Source: an uncultured Methanosarcinales archaeon (lineage in GTDB: Archaea; Nanobdellota; Nanobdellia; Woesearchaeales; CAZYIM01). From it: a stretch of 64,000 bases of DNA. Position 1 is the stretch's first letter. Each line of letters opens with the position of its first letter. Position numbers and translations under genes: made by a program. Positions 1-9,201 of this stretch are shown here, piece after piece. Under the pieces are notes generated by a model. That model searched no databases and was not told the DNA's origin. It worked only from the letters and a program-made list of their open reading frames with translations. The DNA lies in the NCBI GenBank assembly GCA_964647565.1, contig CAZYIM010000008.1:3072-67071 (forward strand). Direction: 5' to 3'.

Positions 1-41
1 GAGCAATGCCTTAATCTAAAAATGGGATCACGGGGACTACA

Positions 42-866
42 ATGCAGCTGATAGAAAAACGTAAGTTGGAGCATGGAATGGGATATATCTTTGAGACTAG
101 TGATAACTATCGTGTCTTGTCATCAGATACAAAATTATATACTGCTGATGGGAAGAAAAGCAAATGGAAGATCGGGGTCAGCCTAACATCTGGTTGCAAG
201 GTCGGGTGCATTTACTGTTTTACCAACCAGATGGATAAGTACAGGAAACTGTCTGACAATGAGATTGTTGGACAGGTTGATTATATCTATAATCTTCCAG
301 AAAACCGGAATAATTCTTATGACAAGAACAAGATTGAGATGAAGGAGATGGGCGATCCTGCTATGAATCCGTGCAATACTGGTAGGGTGATTGAGAAACT
401 GAATCTCAAATATGATAGGCTGTTCTATGTAGTCTCGACTTCAGGTATTAAAAATACTCAATTGATTGAGGTGTTGAAGAGTGTTCGGAGCAGGGGTGCT
501 GATGTTCGGCTTCAGTACTCCTGCCACACTACTTCAGATGAAGATAAAAGGATGTTGAGTCCTAAATTAAATATGATGAGTCTGGAAGAGATCGCAGAGA
601 CGACCCATGATTGGTATGATGGTAGCTCCAGAGCAACGCTCACTTTTGTGCCTATGCAGGGACTTGAGCTCTCGTATGAAAAGGTGGCTGATCTATTTGT
701 GCCTGATCAGGTATTTGTCAAGATATCTTATCTGGATATGACTCCTTTTGTTGAACAGCACGGTCTGAAGGATGAGGCTGATAAGAAAGTAGCGAATTTC
801 ATACGCGGCCTGAAAAAAGCAGGGTTTACATATGCATATAGGAACGGACATCATTCAATAAGTTAA
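42..866 (+). CDS. Radical SAM protein, RlmN/Cfr-like but divergent
   Basis: GCKVGCIYC (CxxxCxxC) in an RlmN-like context (VSLTSGC, LSDNEIVGQV, EMGDP resembling MGEP, VVSTSG); no C-terminal CGQL motif. Confidence 0.7.
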   Translation: MQLIEKRKLEHGMGYIFETSDNYRVLSSDTKLYTADGKKSKWKIGVSLTSGCKVGCIYCFTNQMDKYRKLSDNEIVGQVDYIYNLPENRNNSYDKNKIEMKEMGDPAMNPCNTGRVIEKLNLKYDRLFYVVSTSGIKNTQLIEVLKSVRSRGADVRLQYSCHTTSDEDKRMLSPKLNMMSLEEIAETTHDWYDGSSRATLTFVPMQGLELSYEKVADLFVPDQVFVKISYLDMTPFVEQHGLKDEADKKVANFIRGLKKAGFTYAYRNGHHSIS

Positions 867-946
867 TATTTTTACCCCTGTGTAGTGGTGAAAAGCGAAA
901 TCTTTATAAATAGACTTGATTTTAGTTATTCTCCCAAGGTGATATA

Positions 947-1087
947 TTGAAGAATCATGAAAGAATAGCCTCAGCATGCATGGAGCCCTCAGTTGTCGAT
1001 CAGTTCAGAGAAGTTGAACAAAGGGCCAAAGATTATGCAATTGCAATGAGACAAGAAGAGATAAATAAAAATCAATCTAATTCTTAA
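947..1087 (+). CDS. Small hypothetical protein (46 aa, MKNHERIASACMEP...)
   Basis: TTG start after AAGGTGAT Shine-Dalgarno; BRE/TATA (GCGAAATCTTTATAAA) at ~895-910; too short for the ORF track. Confidence 0.5.
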   Translation: MKNHERIASACMEPSVVDQFREVEQRAKDYAIAMRQEEINKNQSNS

Positions 1088-1138
1088 TTATACTCTCTGA
1101 GCACAATATTATTATAGTATTTTTACTTTCCTTTTCAT

Positions 1139-2230
1139 ATGAAGGTGGTTGTATTATCTAGATCTGGCATGTTCTGTGAAGGTGGAACTGCGACCTATCT
1201 TTCTAATATTATGCCTTCGCTTGTAGAAAAAGGCCATGAGATCACAGTTTATAATTCTGGAATAAACCTGGAGAGGCAACATCTTTTTCCTACTATTGAG
1301 CATATTACAGTAAAGACCAATCATATTCTTCTTAATGATTATCTAGAATCTGGAAGCAGGTATGTTGAACATGCCCTTGAACATGATGATGCGGACATTT
1401 TTCATATCCATTACCCTCCTGCTGCATATTATATCGATAAAATAAAAGCAGCAGGTAAAAAGGTTATAGTTACCTATCATGGATCAAGATTAATCAAACC
1501 TTCGACAACGAATAAATATAGAACTGATCTATATTATAAGTATATCGAGACATTGTCAAAAGCAGACGCTGTAGTCACTCATAGCCCCATAACCTTCAGC
1601 AAGTTTAAAGAACGAGAAATAAATAATGTGCATAGAATCAATCTTGCCACTAAGATTTATAAAAAAAAATCCCTCCAAGAAATTGAGGTTTTAGGATTAA
1701 AGCCGGGTAAATATATTTTTTATATCGGGAAATTGCGGCATGAAAAAGGTGCTGATTTGTTAATAAATGCATTTAAGCATCTGAAAACTGATCTTGACCT
1801 TGTGTTGGCCGGAAGCTTTAATTATGAACCTGAATATGCTAAGCGATGTATTGAGCAGGCTAGTTCAGATAAAAGGATTAAATTTGTAAGGGAGGTTCTC
1901 AACAGAAAGAAAGAGGAACTCTTCTCAAATGCTTATCTGGTTGTTAATCCCTTAAGGATAAAGGGGTTGCCTCTTACTGCTCTGGAGGCCATGGGGTATG
2001 GCAAGTGTGTATTGAACAGCGATCAATCATTGCATCATAAAGCCCTTAAGAAGCACACCCATCATTTCAGGAACGAGGATCCTGACAGCCTGGCAACAGA
2101 ACTCAAATTTCTTCTTAATCATCCTAACTATGTGAAGAACAGGGGTAAAGATGCAAGAACATTTGTGAAGAGGCACCATAGTTGGGTGAAAGTGATTAAT
2201 CTTTATGATCATTTGTATAGGACAGTATAA
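1139..2230 (+). CDS. GT4 family glycosyltransferase
   Basis: GT-B motifs: GGTATY, IHYP, YIGKLRHEKG, KGLPLTALEAMGYG. Confidence 0.9.
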   Translation: MKVVVLSRSGMFCEGGTATYLSNIMPSLVEKGHEITVYNSGINLERQHLFPTIEHITVKTNHILLNDYLESGSRYVEHALEHDDADIFHIHYPPAAYYIDKIKAAGKKVIVTYHGSRLIKPSTTNKYRTDLYYKYIETLSKADAVVTHSPITFSKFKEREINNVHRINLATKIYKKKSLQEIEVLGLKPGKYIFYIGKLRHEKGADLLINAFKHLKTDLDLVLAGSFNYEPEYAKRCIEQASSDKRIKFVREVLNRKKEELFSNAYLVVNPLRIKGLPLTALEAMGYGKCVLNSDQSLHHKALKKHTHHFRNEDPDSLATELKFLLNHPNYVKNRGKDARTFVKRHHSWVKVINLYDHLYRTV

Positions 2231-2233
2231 CTA

Positions 2234-4459
2234 TCACTCAAAGTGCTTGTATAATTCTTCAAGATTGTGCTTGAACTCGCTAACATGTTTCAAAGGATCC
2301 TCATAATAGAACTGCCCGTTTCTGCCTTTCTTCATGATACTGAAATGAAAATGAGGATAGCACCAGTTCAGATCCTTACCCATCTTGGTTTTATATGTGC
2401 TGTTGATTCTATCATATAGTTCATTAGGATCAATGGTTACTCCATTGGTTCTTACTGAGTCCATTATGGCAGTTATTTGCAGCTCCATATCAGTCATCAG
2501 ACTGTCCCTGGCTGATTTGCGCATATCGACATCTGTTCTGTTGATATCATCAGTCCAGAGGGCGTTATATAGATTACCGCTCATACCTATCTTACCGATA
2601 ACATCTCCTTGTTTTATCTCAATGTTTAAACCCTCCAGCCATCTTACTTGAAGAGAGTCAAAGACAGCATTTTGCCCTGAAAAAGGATTTATCTCAAATA
2701 TGCCTGGTCGTTTGGAGGTTATTATTTCAGATCCTTGCTGATGACCATAGACTGTGATATATTCGCTGTCAAATCGCTTATGATTTAGAATGACTGTATA
2801 ACCCAAGCCTTCTAGATAGCCGACGTGACGAAGGGTACCATCCTCTGATGCAATGATAAACTCTCCTATCCTTCCAGGGACATCAACAGCATTATGAAAA
2901 GCCCTATACCATTCCTCTTTTGTGATGTTATTAAGATTTGCTTGACCGACCTCGCCCTTTGGCTGAGGATTTTTCTTTACCTTTTTCCATCTTTTAGCTG
3001 AGGGTAATCCATTTTTTCGAAGGTCAGTATATTCGATACCTGCTAAAGGTGAGATGAAATTCATATCAATATCAACAATTTCAAGATAGTTTGCAATCTT
3101 AGAGATTCTTTTGTTTTCATCCAGAAACTGTTTTCTCTCAAGTTCCATTAGGGAACCTGCTTTCATAAGATCAGGATTATTTTTCTTGGAATTCCTTTTT
3201 TTATTATTATACAGATAAGTTATATACGTTATGAGTCCCTTGCTGCCCCGGACATAGTATATATGTCTATAGTCTGCTCTTTTCTGACTCTGTTCTCTAT
3301 ATGATTCCATCAGATTTAGCAGTGAAAGTCTGACATCCAATAGTACATTATAGGTGGATTTCTCTTCAATTATTCTCCAGTACCTGGCAAGCTCAGCTGA
3401 TCCAGTAGAATCTTCATCAATGAGTTCAGTGATGATAGATCGTTTTAAGGAATCAGTTAATCCTATGGTCAGATAGTTGGTCTTTAATTTTATCTTCTCC
3501 TTGATATAAGGTACAGCACCACCAAGGTTTATATTTCTGTCCCAATCTGATTCTAGAATGGGTTTGTTTGGTTCTTCAATAGTGAATGTGCTGTCTCCTG
3601 GAATAGAAATACTGATAAAATGCTCTTTTCGTATCCTGTCTAGATAAAGTTGGCTTGTTTGGTCATACTTAAAGCCATTTTTACCTGGCACAAGAGATAC
3701 CAGATCTGTCTTATCCAGAGCCTTAGATCTTGTATAATCATTTATCAATTCTGTCTTTCGTTCTTTTAAGAAGGTAGTTCTTGATGAGAAATACTTCAAG
3801 GCGTCTTCTTTCAGTTTCAATGGCCCTCTTTTTCTACCATAAAGTTTGAGCAGTTCTTGTTCAGGTTTATTTAACAAAGAATATGATGTAATGAGCACAT
3901 TTCTAAGATAATCAAAATTATTTTCTTTGTCTTGTTGTCTGCCAATAGAACCAACAAGCTCATTATCTTGCATGGTGTTTACCAGAGATGCAAGATTCTG
4001 CAATTGTCTTATCTTTGGCTGTCTCTTTTCAGCAGGTACCAGTTCCCTGAAAACCGCTTTGGCATCAGCCTCTGCCCAAGGAGACATAGCAAGCGGTTCA
4101 TATTCCTTCATCTTATATCTTCTGGTCTGGAAATTGATGCTTGCATGCATATAATTTACCAGATTATTGAACTGTTTATCCAGGTTTTCTTCAAGGACCA
4201 TGACTTGCTTCTTAGCTCTAATAGAATTGTCAATATTTTGATATAATTTAGGGATTTTCCAAATTCCAGCACCAATAGCACAGCAGAGCAGTCCGATTTT
4301 AATGATGTTAAGATCTTTTTTAGCTTTTCTAAACGCTTTATTATGGGCCTGGGTAATAGAATTCCACGGTTTTGTATTAAATTCCATTGCATGACGGTAT
4401 TTTCCAGCTCTTTTTTTAAGAAACCATTCAGTGCCTGTAATCTTCCCCAACCAAGACAT
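2234..4459 (-). CDS. Membrane-anchored M23-family (lysostaphin-type) peptidase
   Basis: N-terminal TM, long helical region, C-terminal HNAVD (HxxxD), GLGYTVILNH, VYGH, GDVIGKIGMSGN, PHFHF (HxH). Confidence 0.8.
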   Translation of the reverse strand: MSWLGKITGTEWFLKKRAGKYRHAMEFNTKPWNSITQAHNKAFRKAKKDLNIIKIGLLCCAIGAGIWKIPKLYQNIDNSIRAKKQVMVLEENLDKQFNNLVNYMHASINFQTRRYKMKEYEPLAMSPWAEADAKAVFRELVPAEKRQPKIRQLQNLASLVNTMQDNELVGSIGRQQDKENNFDYLRNVLITSYSLLNKPEQELLKLYGRKRGPLKLKEDALKYFSSRTTFLKERKTELINDYTRSKALDKTDLVSLVPGKNGFKYDQTSQLYLDRIRKEHFISISIPGDSTFTIEEPNKPILESDWDRNINLGGAVPYIKEKIKLKTNYLTIGLTDSLKRSIITELIDEDSTGSAELARYWRIIEEKSTYNVLLDVRLSLLNLMESYREQSQKRADYRHIYYVRGSKGLITYITYLYNNKKRNSKKNNPDLMKAGSLMELERKQFLDENKRISKIANYLEIVDIDMNFISPLAGIEYTDLRKNGLPSAKRWKKVKKNPQPKGEVGQANLNNITKEEWYRAFHNAVDVPGRIGEFIIASEDGTLRHVGYLEGLGYTVILNHKRFDSEYITVYGHQQGSEIITSKRPGIFEINPFSGQNAVFDSLQVRWLEGLNIEIKQGDVIGKIGMSGNLYNALWTDDINRTDVDMRKSARDSLMTDMELQITAIMDSVRTNGVTIDPNELYDRINSTYKTKMGKDLNWCYPHFHFSIMKKGRNGQFYYEDPLKHVSEFKHNLEELYKHFE

Positions 4460-4533
4460 AGTTAATCTTGAGTATAGCCCATATTTAAACATTACCCTTC
4501 TAAAGTGGTTGTTTAATTAAACAGTATTTTTCC

Positions 4534-4677
4534 GGCTTTGTCCAGAAAGGAGGATTTATCCTGCCTAGCGTAGCCAAAAGTTCAGGATCTGATTAAAAAA
4601 AGAATCGGTTTACAGTCGATAAAATAAGGGGTGTGAAGCGCGGGAAAATTCTCTGCGTAAGCATTCTTGACAGAGCC
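4534..4677. mobile_element. MITE family A, copy 1 (144 bp)
   Basis: TIR GGCTTTGTCCAGAA / TTCTTGACAGAGCC; direct repeat ATTTTTCC at 4526-4533 and 4678-4685; two homologous copies elsewhere in the window. Confidence 0.85.
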
Positions 4678-4783
4678 ATTTTTCCGTAACCTTTATAAAC
4701 AAACACTATTTTCTCGTCATTGGTTTAGAGGTTCTTAAGCACATTAACATAGCTACTATTATGCTAATGAGAGGTACATCAAG

Positions 4784-5452
4784 ATGATTATTGAGACAGT
4801 CAATACAAATGAACTGATTAAGAGGACAGCGGAACAGCTGAAAAAACAAATCCAGAAGCCTGCATGGAGTGATTACGTTAAAACAGGGGCTCATAATGAG
4901 AGGCCTCCTTCTGACAGGGACTGGTGGTATGTTAGAGCTGCAGCTGTACTTCGAGCTATTGCTAAACTTGGACCTATAGGTGTTTCAAAACTCCGGACTA
5001 AGTATGGAGGCGCCCGTAACAGGGGCGTAAAACCAGAACAATTTAGGAAAGGTTCAGGTGCAGTCATACGAAAAATTCTACAACAACTTGAAAAAGCACA
5101 GCTTATTAAGCAAGATGTTATTGGAAAAAGGAAAGGGCGAGTCATAACTGCTGCAGGTAAGAAACTTTTGCAGTCTGTTGCAAAAGAGATTCAAAAAGAA
5201 GCTCCTAAGCCTAAAGCACCCGTGCCTGTGGCTCCTCCAAAAAAAGAAGAGCCTAAACCGGTAAAGCAAGAACCTGCTGTTGAGAAGGTTGAAAAACCTG
5301 TTAAAAAAGAGGAAGCTGCTCCAAAAAAAGAGGAAAGCAAGCCTGTTAAACAAGAACCTGCTGTTGAGAAGGTTGAAAAACCTGTTAAAAAAGAGGAAGC
5401 TGCTCCCAAAGATCAGCCTAAACAGGATGGTGGTGAGGAGGTGAAGGCGTAA
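4784..5452 (+). CDS. rps19e: 30S ribosomal protein S19e with Lys/Glu/Pro-rich C-terminal extension
   Basis: PAWSDYVKTG, WWYVRAAAVLR, GPIGVSKLRTKYGG, GSGAVIRKILQQLE. Confidence 0.97.
   Translation: MIIETVNTNELIKRTAEQLKKQIQKPAWSDYVKTGAHNERPPSDRDWWYVRAAAVLRAIAKLGPIGVSKLRTKYGGARNRGVKPEQFRKGSGAVIRKILQQLEKAQLIKQDVIGKRKGRVITAAGKKLLQSVAKEIQKEAPKPKAPVPVAPPKKEEPKPVKQEPAVEKVEKPVKKEEAAPKKEESKPVKQEPAVEKVEKPVKKEEAAPKDQPKQDGGEEVKA
5237..5410 (+). repeat. 84-bp tandem duplication in the S19e extension
   Basis: PKKEE.KPVKQEPAVEKVEKPVKKEEAA twice; identical nucleotide blocks start at 5267 and 5351. Confidence 0.9.
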
Positions 5453-5453
5453 A

Positions 5454-5627
5454 ATGGCACGATTTAAACATTTCAGTCGAAAATTAAAGTTAATCAAGCT
5501 GAACAGACGGACCAGATGGGCGCCTTTTTGGACAGTTCCAAAAATCTATGGTCAGGGTAGAAGAGTTCATCCCGGACGGCATACTCATACTAAGAGAAGC
5601 TGGCGAAGAACTAAGACAAAAGTGTGA
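5454..5627 (+). CDS. rpl39e: 50S ribosomal protein L39e (57 aa; absent from ORF track)
   Basis: MARFKHFSRKLKLIKLNRRTRWAPFW...KRSWRRTKTKV; conserved position between S19e and L31e. Confidence 0.9.
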   Translation: MARFKHFSRKLKLIKLNRRTRWAPFWTVPKIYGQGRRVHPGRHTHTKRSWRRTKTKV

Positions 5628-5632
5628 TAACC

Positions 5633-6175
5633 ATGGCAAAACTAGAAAGAACATATAATATTCCTCTAAGAAAGGGTTTTTTAAACACTCCTAAATATAA
5701 AAGAGCCAAGAGAGCAATTCGATTGGTCAGAGAGTTCTTGCAAAAACATATGAAATGTGAAGATATTAAATTAGGTAAAGAACTTAATGAAAATTTATGG
5801 GAACGAGGCATTAAGAATCCTCCTCATCATATCAAGGTTACTGCAATCAAAGAAGATGATGTTGTCAAGGCTGAATTGATAGGCTTTGAATATAAGGAAG
5901 CTGTAAAATCCCAGAAGAAGAAAGAAGACGGCGGCTTGAAAGAGAAGATTGCTTCTAAACTCGGAATTAAGGCAGACGAAGAAGAAACTAAGGAAGAAGA
6001 TAAGAAGAAAGAGTCTAATACCGAGACCCAAGAAGAGAAAAAAACAGAGGCTAAGGAAGAAGACGCAAAAAAAACTGAAAAACCAAGTTCTTCTGGAACT
6101 AAGAAACCTGAGGTTCCTGAGACGAAAAAGCCCGAGCCAAAGAAAGACGAAGCCAAGTCAGCTGAAAAGAAATAA
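5633..6175 (+). CDS. rpl31e: 50S ribosomal protein L31e with charged C-terminal extension
   Basis: LERTYNIPLR, KRAKRAI, LNENLWERGIKNPP. Confidence 0.96.
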   Translation: MAKLERTYNIPLRKGFLNTPKYKRAKRAIRLVREFLQKHMKCEDIKLGKELNENLWERGIKNPPHHIKVTAIKEDDVVKAELIGFEYKEAVKSQKKKEDGGLKEKIASKLGIKADEEETKEEDKKKESNTETQEEKKTEAKEEDAKKTEKPSSSGTKKPEVPETKKPEPKKDEAKSAEKK

Positions 6176-6232
6176 CTTTTTTTTAAAGCTATTTCATTCT
6201 TTATTAAACATAGAATTAATCTATACAATTCT

Positions 6233-6562
6233 CTATTTAGTAAGTTGAGCAAGCACTTTTTTCAGTGCAGAATCTAAAGCAACATACATGTTTCTGTCGG
6301 TTATTTCGCTGTTTATAGGTTTTCCAGCATCAATTAACTTCACGTGCACTTCATAACTTTGGGTCTTGCTGGTTTTGTGGATATCTTTTAGGGTCACTGT
6401 AATATTCTCAAATTTTGATGAATGGTCTGTCATTTTTCTCGCATAACTACCCACCATTTTCTTGACTACGACCAATGCATCTCTGTCTAGATCCTTGAAC
6501 CCTCCTAAGGTTATATTGCCTCCTAACTCAATCATACTTTCCTCTGAGTCGTTATCCCCCAT
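6233..6562 (-). CDS. Stand-alone HPF/RaiA-like (ribosome hibernation fold) protein
   Basis: ~109 aa, pattern IELGGNITLGG / VVKKMVGSYARK / YEVHVKL / NMYVALDSALKKVLAQ; fold assignment by eye. Confidence 0.55.
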   Translation of the reverse strand: MGDNDSEESMIELGGNITLGGFKDLDRDALVVVKKMVGSYARKMTDHSSKFENITVTLKDIHKTSKTQSYEVHVKLIDAGKPINSEITDRNMYVALDSALKKVLAQLTK

Positions 6563-6689
6563 GTTGTACCCCTTGATTTGAATCTTTATAAAATTTCTTA
6601 TTTTAATTTTCAGGCATGAGCGCAATATCAAACTACTAATGAGTAACAAATCGAAAACTATTTAAATAAGTACTAATAAGTATATTATT

Positions 6690-6791
6690 ATGAAAAGAGT
6701 TGATTGTATTCATTGGTCGTAGACCCCTTTCTTCTAGTTATCAAACTCTAAAAATCAAAAAATCTGTTACTGCTTTTCTTGTATCTTTCAT
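6690..6791 (+). ncRNA. Candidate small structured RNA
   Basis: Own BRE/TATA at 6652-6668; only a 10-codon ORF; nested pairings ATGAAAAGA/TCTTTCAT, GAGTTGAT/ATCAAACTC, GGTC-GTA-GACC. Confidence 0.3.
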
Positions 6792-6847
6792 TTATTCTTA
6801 TGAAAAAATAAAAAATCTTTTAAAACAAACATTTATTCTAAGCAATT

Positions 6848-6871
6848 ATATATGGCGGTATTGGTGTAATC
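6848..6871 (+). repeat. 24-bp duplicate of the tRNA-His 5' end
   Basis: ATATATGGCGGTATTGGTGTAATC identical to 6950-6973. Confidence 0.95.
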
Positions 6872-6955
6872 AACGGCAAAACTTACCAGTTTTGATAGGG
6901 CTGGGGGTTTCGCTTTGCTCAAGCCCCCAAAGAAGCACAATCATAAGAAATATAT

Positions 6956-7043
6956 GGCGGTATTGGTGTAATCCGGTAGCATGCGGGACTGTGGAATCTT
7001 TTATGGAAATCCCTCGGTCCGGGTTCAAATCCCGGGTACCGCC
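6956..7043 (+). tRNA. tRNA-His(GUG) with 14-nt intron at 37/38 (6995-7008), encoded G-1, no encoded CCA
   Basis: Acceptor GCGGTAT/GTACCGC, G-1:C73, anticodon GTG at 6991-6993, T-arm CCGGG-TTCAAAT-CCCGG. Confidence 0.93.
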
Positions 7044-7123
7044 CTCTTTTCTTTTAGTGGGATTGAGCAAAGCTGTTGGCTTTGCGAATGTCGTACAGCG
7101 TGTCAACCGAGCAACCAGTTGCT

Positions 7124-7145
7124 GGGTACCGCCCTCTTTTCTTTT
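7124..7145 (+). repeat. 22-bp duplicate of the tRNA-His 3' end plus T-tract
   Basis: GGGTACCGCCCTCTTTTCTTTT identical to 7034-7055. Confidence 0.95.
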
Positions 7146-7278
7146 TAATATTTGTTCTCATCATCATTTAGCATAAGCTATCATTGTTTCTAGATTGATT
7201 TTCTAATATGCCACCAGCATCTTCAAAGGTGAATGTGGCGGAGAGTGAAAAAAATGAAAACAAACCAAAAACCAAAAA

Positions 7279-8745
7279 TTGAAACAAGAACAACCCCAAC
7301 TAAGGACATATCCTGCGCTTCAATTAAAGGCAGAACTGCTCAGGGTGTTCATCGGTAGCAGCCAGGCTATTAACATATTATCGACCATTGCCAGAGTTGG
7401 TGGAGGAGTATATGATTTTTTACCGAATATTTTAAACAACTGGAAATGTAACCAGGGTACCTATTCTAGATTGGATGAACCATTTAATATTCGGCAAGAA
7501 GAAGAGATTGTGAAACAATATATGACGCCTATGCTTCTTTGCGGAAAACCTGCTAGTGTGGACAGTAGGAGATGGTTTCTGAAATCCTTTAGCAACGATC
7601 AAACTGCATTTTCAGGCTTTACATCGCTTGTAGATGTTGTTGATAATGAAGAATTTGGATATTCAGATCAAATAAAGCTAGTTTCCGGAGCTGCTTTTGC
7701 CGAACCCTTTGTTCTTGCTACACTTCCTGTTTCTAAACAAGAAGATCTAAAACAGCTTACATATGAGCTATCAAGGCTTGATTCAACCCAGATTGACGAT
7801 GTTGAGAGAATTTTGTCAAAAGCAGATGCTATAGCTCCAGATATTCGTAGAAGAACTAAGGGCAAGAGTCCAATTTTTTTTTATGGTATAGCAGATGATC
7901 TTTTTCAGCTTCCCAAGAACATGTTTGAACGCATGCAATGGGCTACTAACCTAGTTTATACAACCTTGATTGATCAGACAGATCTTATTGAAGGAAATAA
8001 TAGTAGGAAAGCATTTACAGGATCAATTGATTTTATGCTTTGTGGAGATGATATCTATGTAATTGATATTGGTTTTCCTGCTGTGGGATATATTGCAGAT
8101 ATTGTTGCAACCAGTAATGTCCTTGGAATTGAACCCGAAGTGAATATTGATTTGATTGCATCAACATTTAATAATGATCTGACAGTATATAACAATACCC
8201 TTTCAAGAGAGCTTGGTTTTTTTAATCTTGAGAAAACATATCTTATTGATCAACTAAAATCTAGGGGATTGAATATAAAAACTGAAGAAGATCAGTTATT
8301 TGAGGTGGCAATAAACCAAAACCAATTGCCTAATACGACCTTGGATTATTTAAGTAGGAATCAGCCAGTAAGAGAAAAGATTTTAAAGCAGATTGAGCCT
8401 GATCTTGCTCTAAGGAATATTCGATTGCCGAAATCATTTATTATGGAAGTTGATGACTTTTTCTTAGCAAGGAATTATGAATCAACCCGTCTTGGAGATG
8501 AAGATTATGGGTTAATTATTAAAAAGAAGGACATTTTTAGTAATTATAGGTACAAAGGTGGTTATTATAAGCCTTTGATAACTCCTCTTTGGTCGAGGGA
8601 GTTGAGAAAGACTAAAGGTAGCTTTCTTTTTGAACAGTTTATTCCAAGTCTGACCGAAATAGACATTGCAGGGGATATTAAAGGCAAGAGAGCATATGAA
8701 ATCCGAATGTACTTTGTTGCAAACAATAGAGAGGGATTGAGATGA
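7279..8745 (+). CDS. Putative circularly permuted ATP-grasp ligase
   Basis: GSIDFMLCGDDIYVIDIG precedes LIIKK..KGGY, FLFEQFIPS and YEIRMYF, the motif order of CP-ATP-grasp enzymes; start uncertain. Confidence 0.5.
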   Translation: MKQEQPQLRTYPALQLKAELLRVFIGSSQAINILSTIARVGGGVYDFLPNILNNWKCNQGTYSRLDEPFNIRQEEEIVKQYMTPMLLCGKPASVDSRRWFLKSFSNDQTAFSGFTSLVDVVDNEEFGYSDQIKLVSGAAFAEPFVLATLPVSKQEDLKQLTYELSRLDSTQIDDVERILSKADAIAPDIRRRTKGKSPIFFYGIADDLFQLPKNMFERMQWATNLVYTTLIDQTDLIEGNNSRKAFTGSIDFMLCGDDIYVIDIGFPAVGYIADIVATSNVLGIEPEVNIDLIASTFNNDLTVYNNTLSRELGFFNLEKTYLIDQLKSRGLNIKTEEDQLFEVAINQNQLPNTTLDYLSRNQPVREKILKQIEPDLALRNIRLPKSFIMEVDDFFLARNYESTRLGDEDYGLIIKKKDIFSNYRYKGGYYKPLITPLWSRELRKTKGSFLFEQFIPSLTEIDIAGDIKGKRAYEIRMYFVANNREGLR

Positions 8746-9173
8746 TCAGAGCTATTATCTTCGATTATAACCGGACCATCTTTATTCCTGAAATTGGAGG
8801 TGTTCCCAAAAGGACACTTTTATTGCTAAAAGAGCTTAAAAACAAAGGGATTAAATTAGGTCTTATCAGCGTGAACGAAAAAAAAAGAAACCTGGAACCT
8901 GTATTGGAGACTTTTTTCACCTCAGTAAAGATTGTTCCACAAAAAAGCAGTTCCATCTTCAGTTGCATGCTTGATGAATTAGAAGTATCTACTGACGAGA
9001 CTGTTGTTGTTGGAGACCGGGTAAAGGAAGAGATTAAGTATGCAAATCAACTTGGATTGAAAACTGTTTGGTTAAGAAAAGGTAAGTTTGCTGGAGAGCT
9101 CCCTGATTCAACCGAAGAAAAACCAGATATAACAATAACTGATCTAAGAGAGCTTAAAAAAGAAACATTTTAA
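8742..9173 (+). CDS. HAD-superfamily hydrolase
   Basis: IIFDYNRT (DxD replaced by DxN), VVGDRVKEEI, GLKTVWL, PDITI; ATGA overlap with the upstream gene. Confidence 0.85.
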   Translation: MIRAIIFDYNRTIFIPEIGGVPKRTLLLLKELKNKGIKLGLISVNEKKRNLEPVLETFFTSVKIVPQKSSSIFSCMLDELEVSTDETVVVGDRVKEEIKYANQLGLKTVWLRKGKFAGELPDSTEEKPDITITDLRELKKETF

Positions 9174-9201
9174 ATCGATATTAAAACATCGGAGTAAAAG
9201 A

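Noticed and set aside
4493-4510. Tenth copy of the promoter palindrome (TACCCTT-CTAA-AGTGGTT)
   Set aside because: Weaker match and only ~3 nt from the TATA, unlike the 11-14 nt spacing of the others.
6848-7145. Mini-CRISPR array or split/permuted tRNA
   Set aside because: The two repeat pairs differ from each other and are tRNA ends; an intact tRNA is present; the fragments lack anticodon and T arms; no cas genes.
6700-7176. 158-aa ORF
   Set aside because: Runs through the tRNA and its duplicates; no protein-like features.
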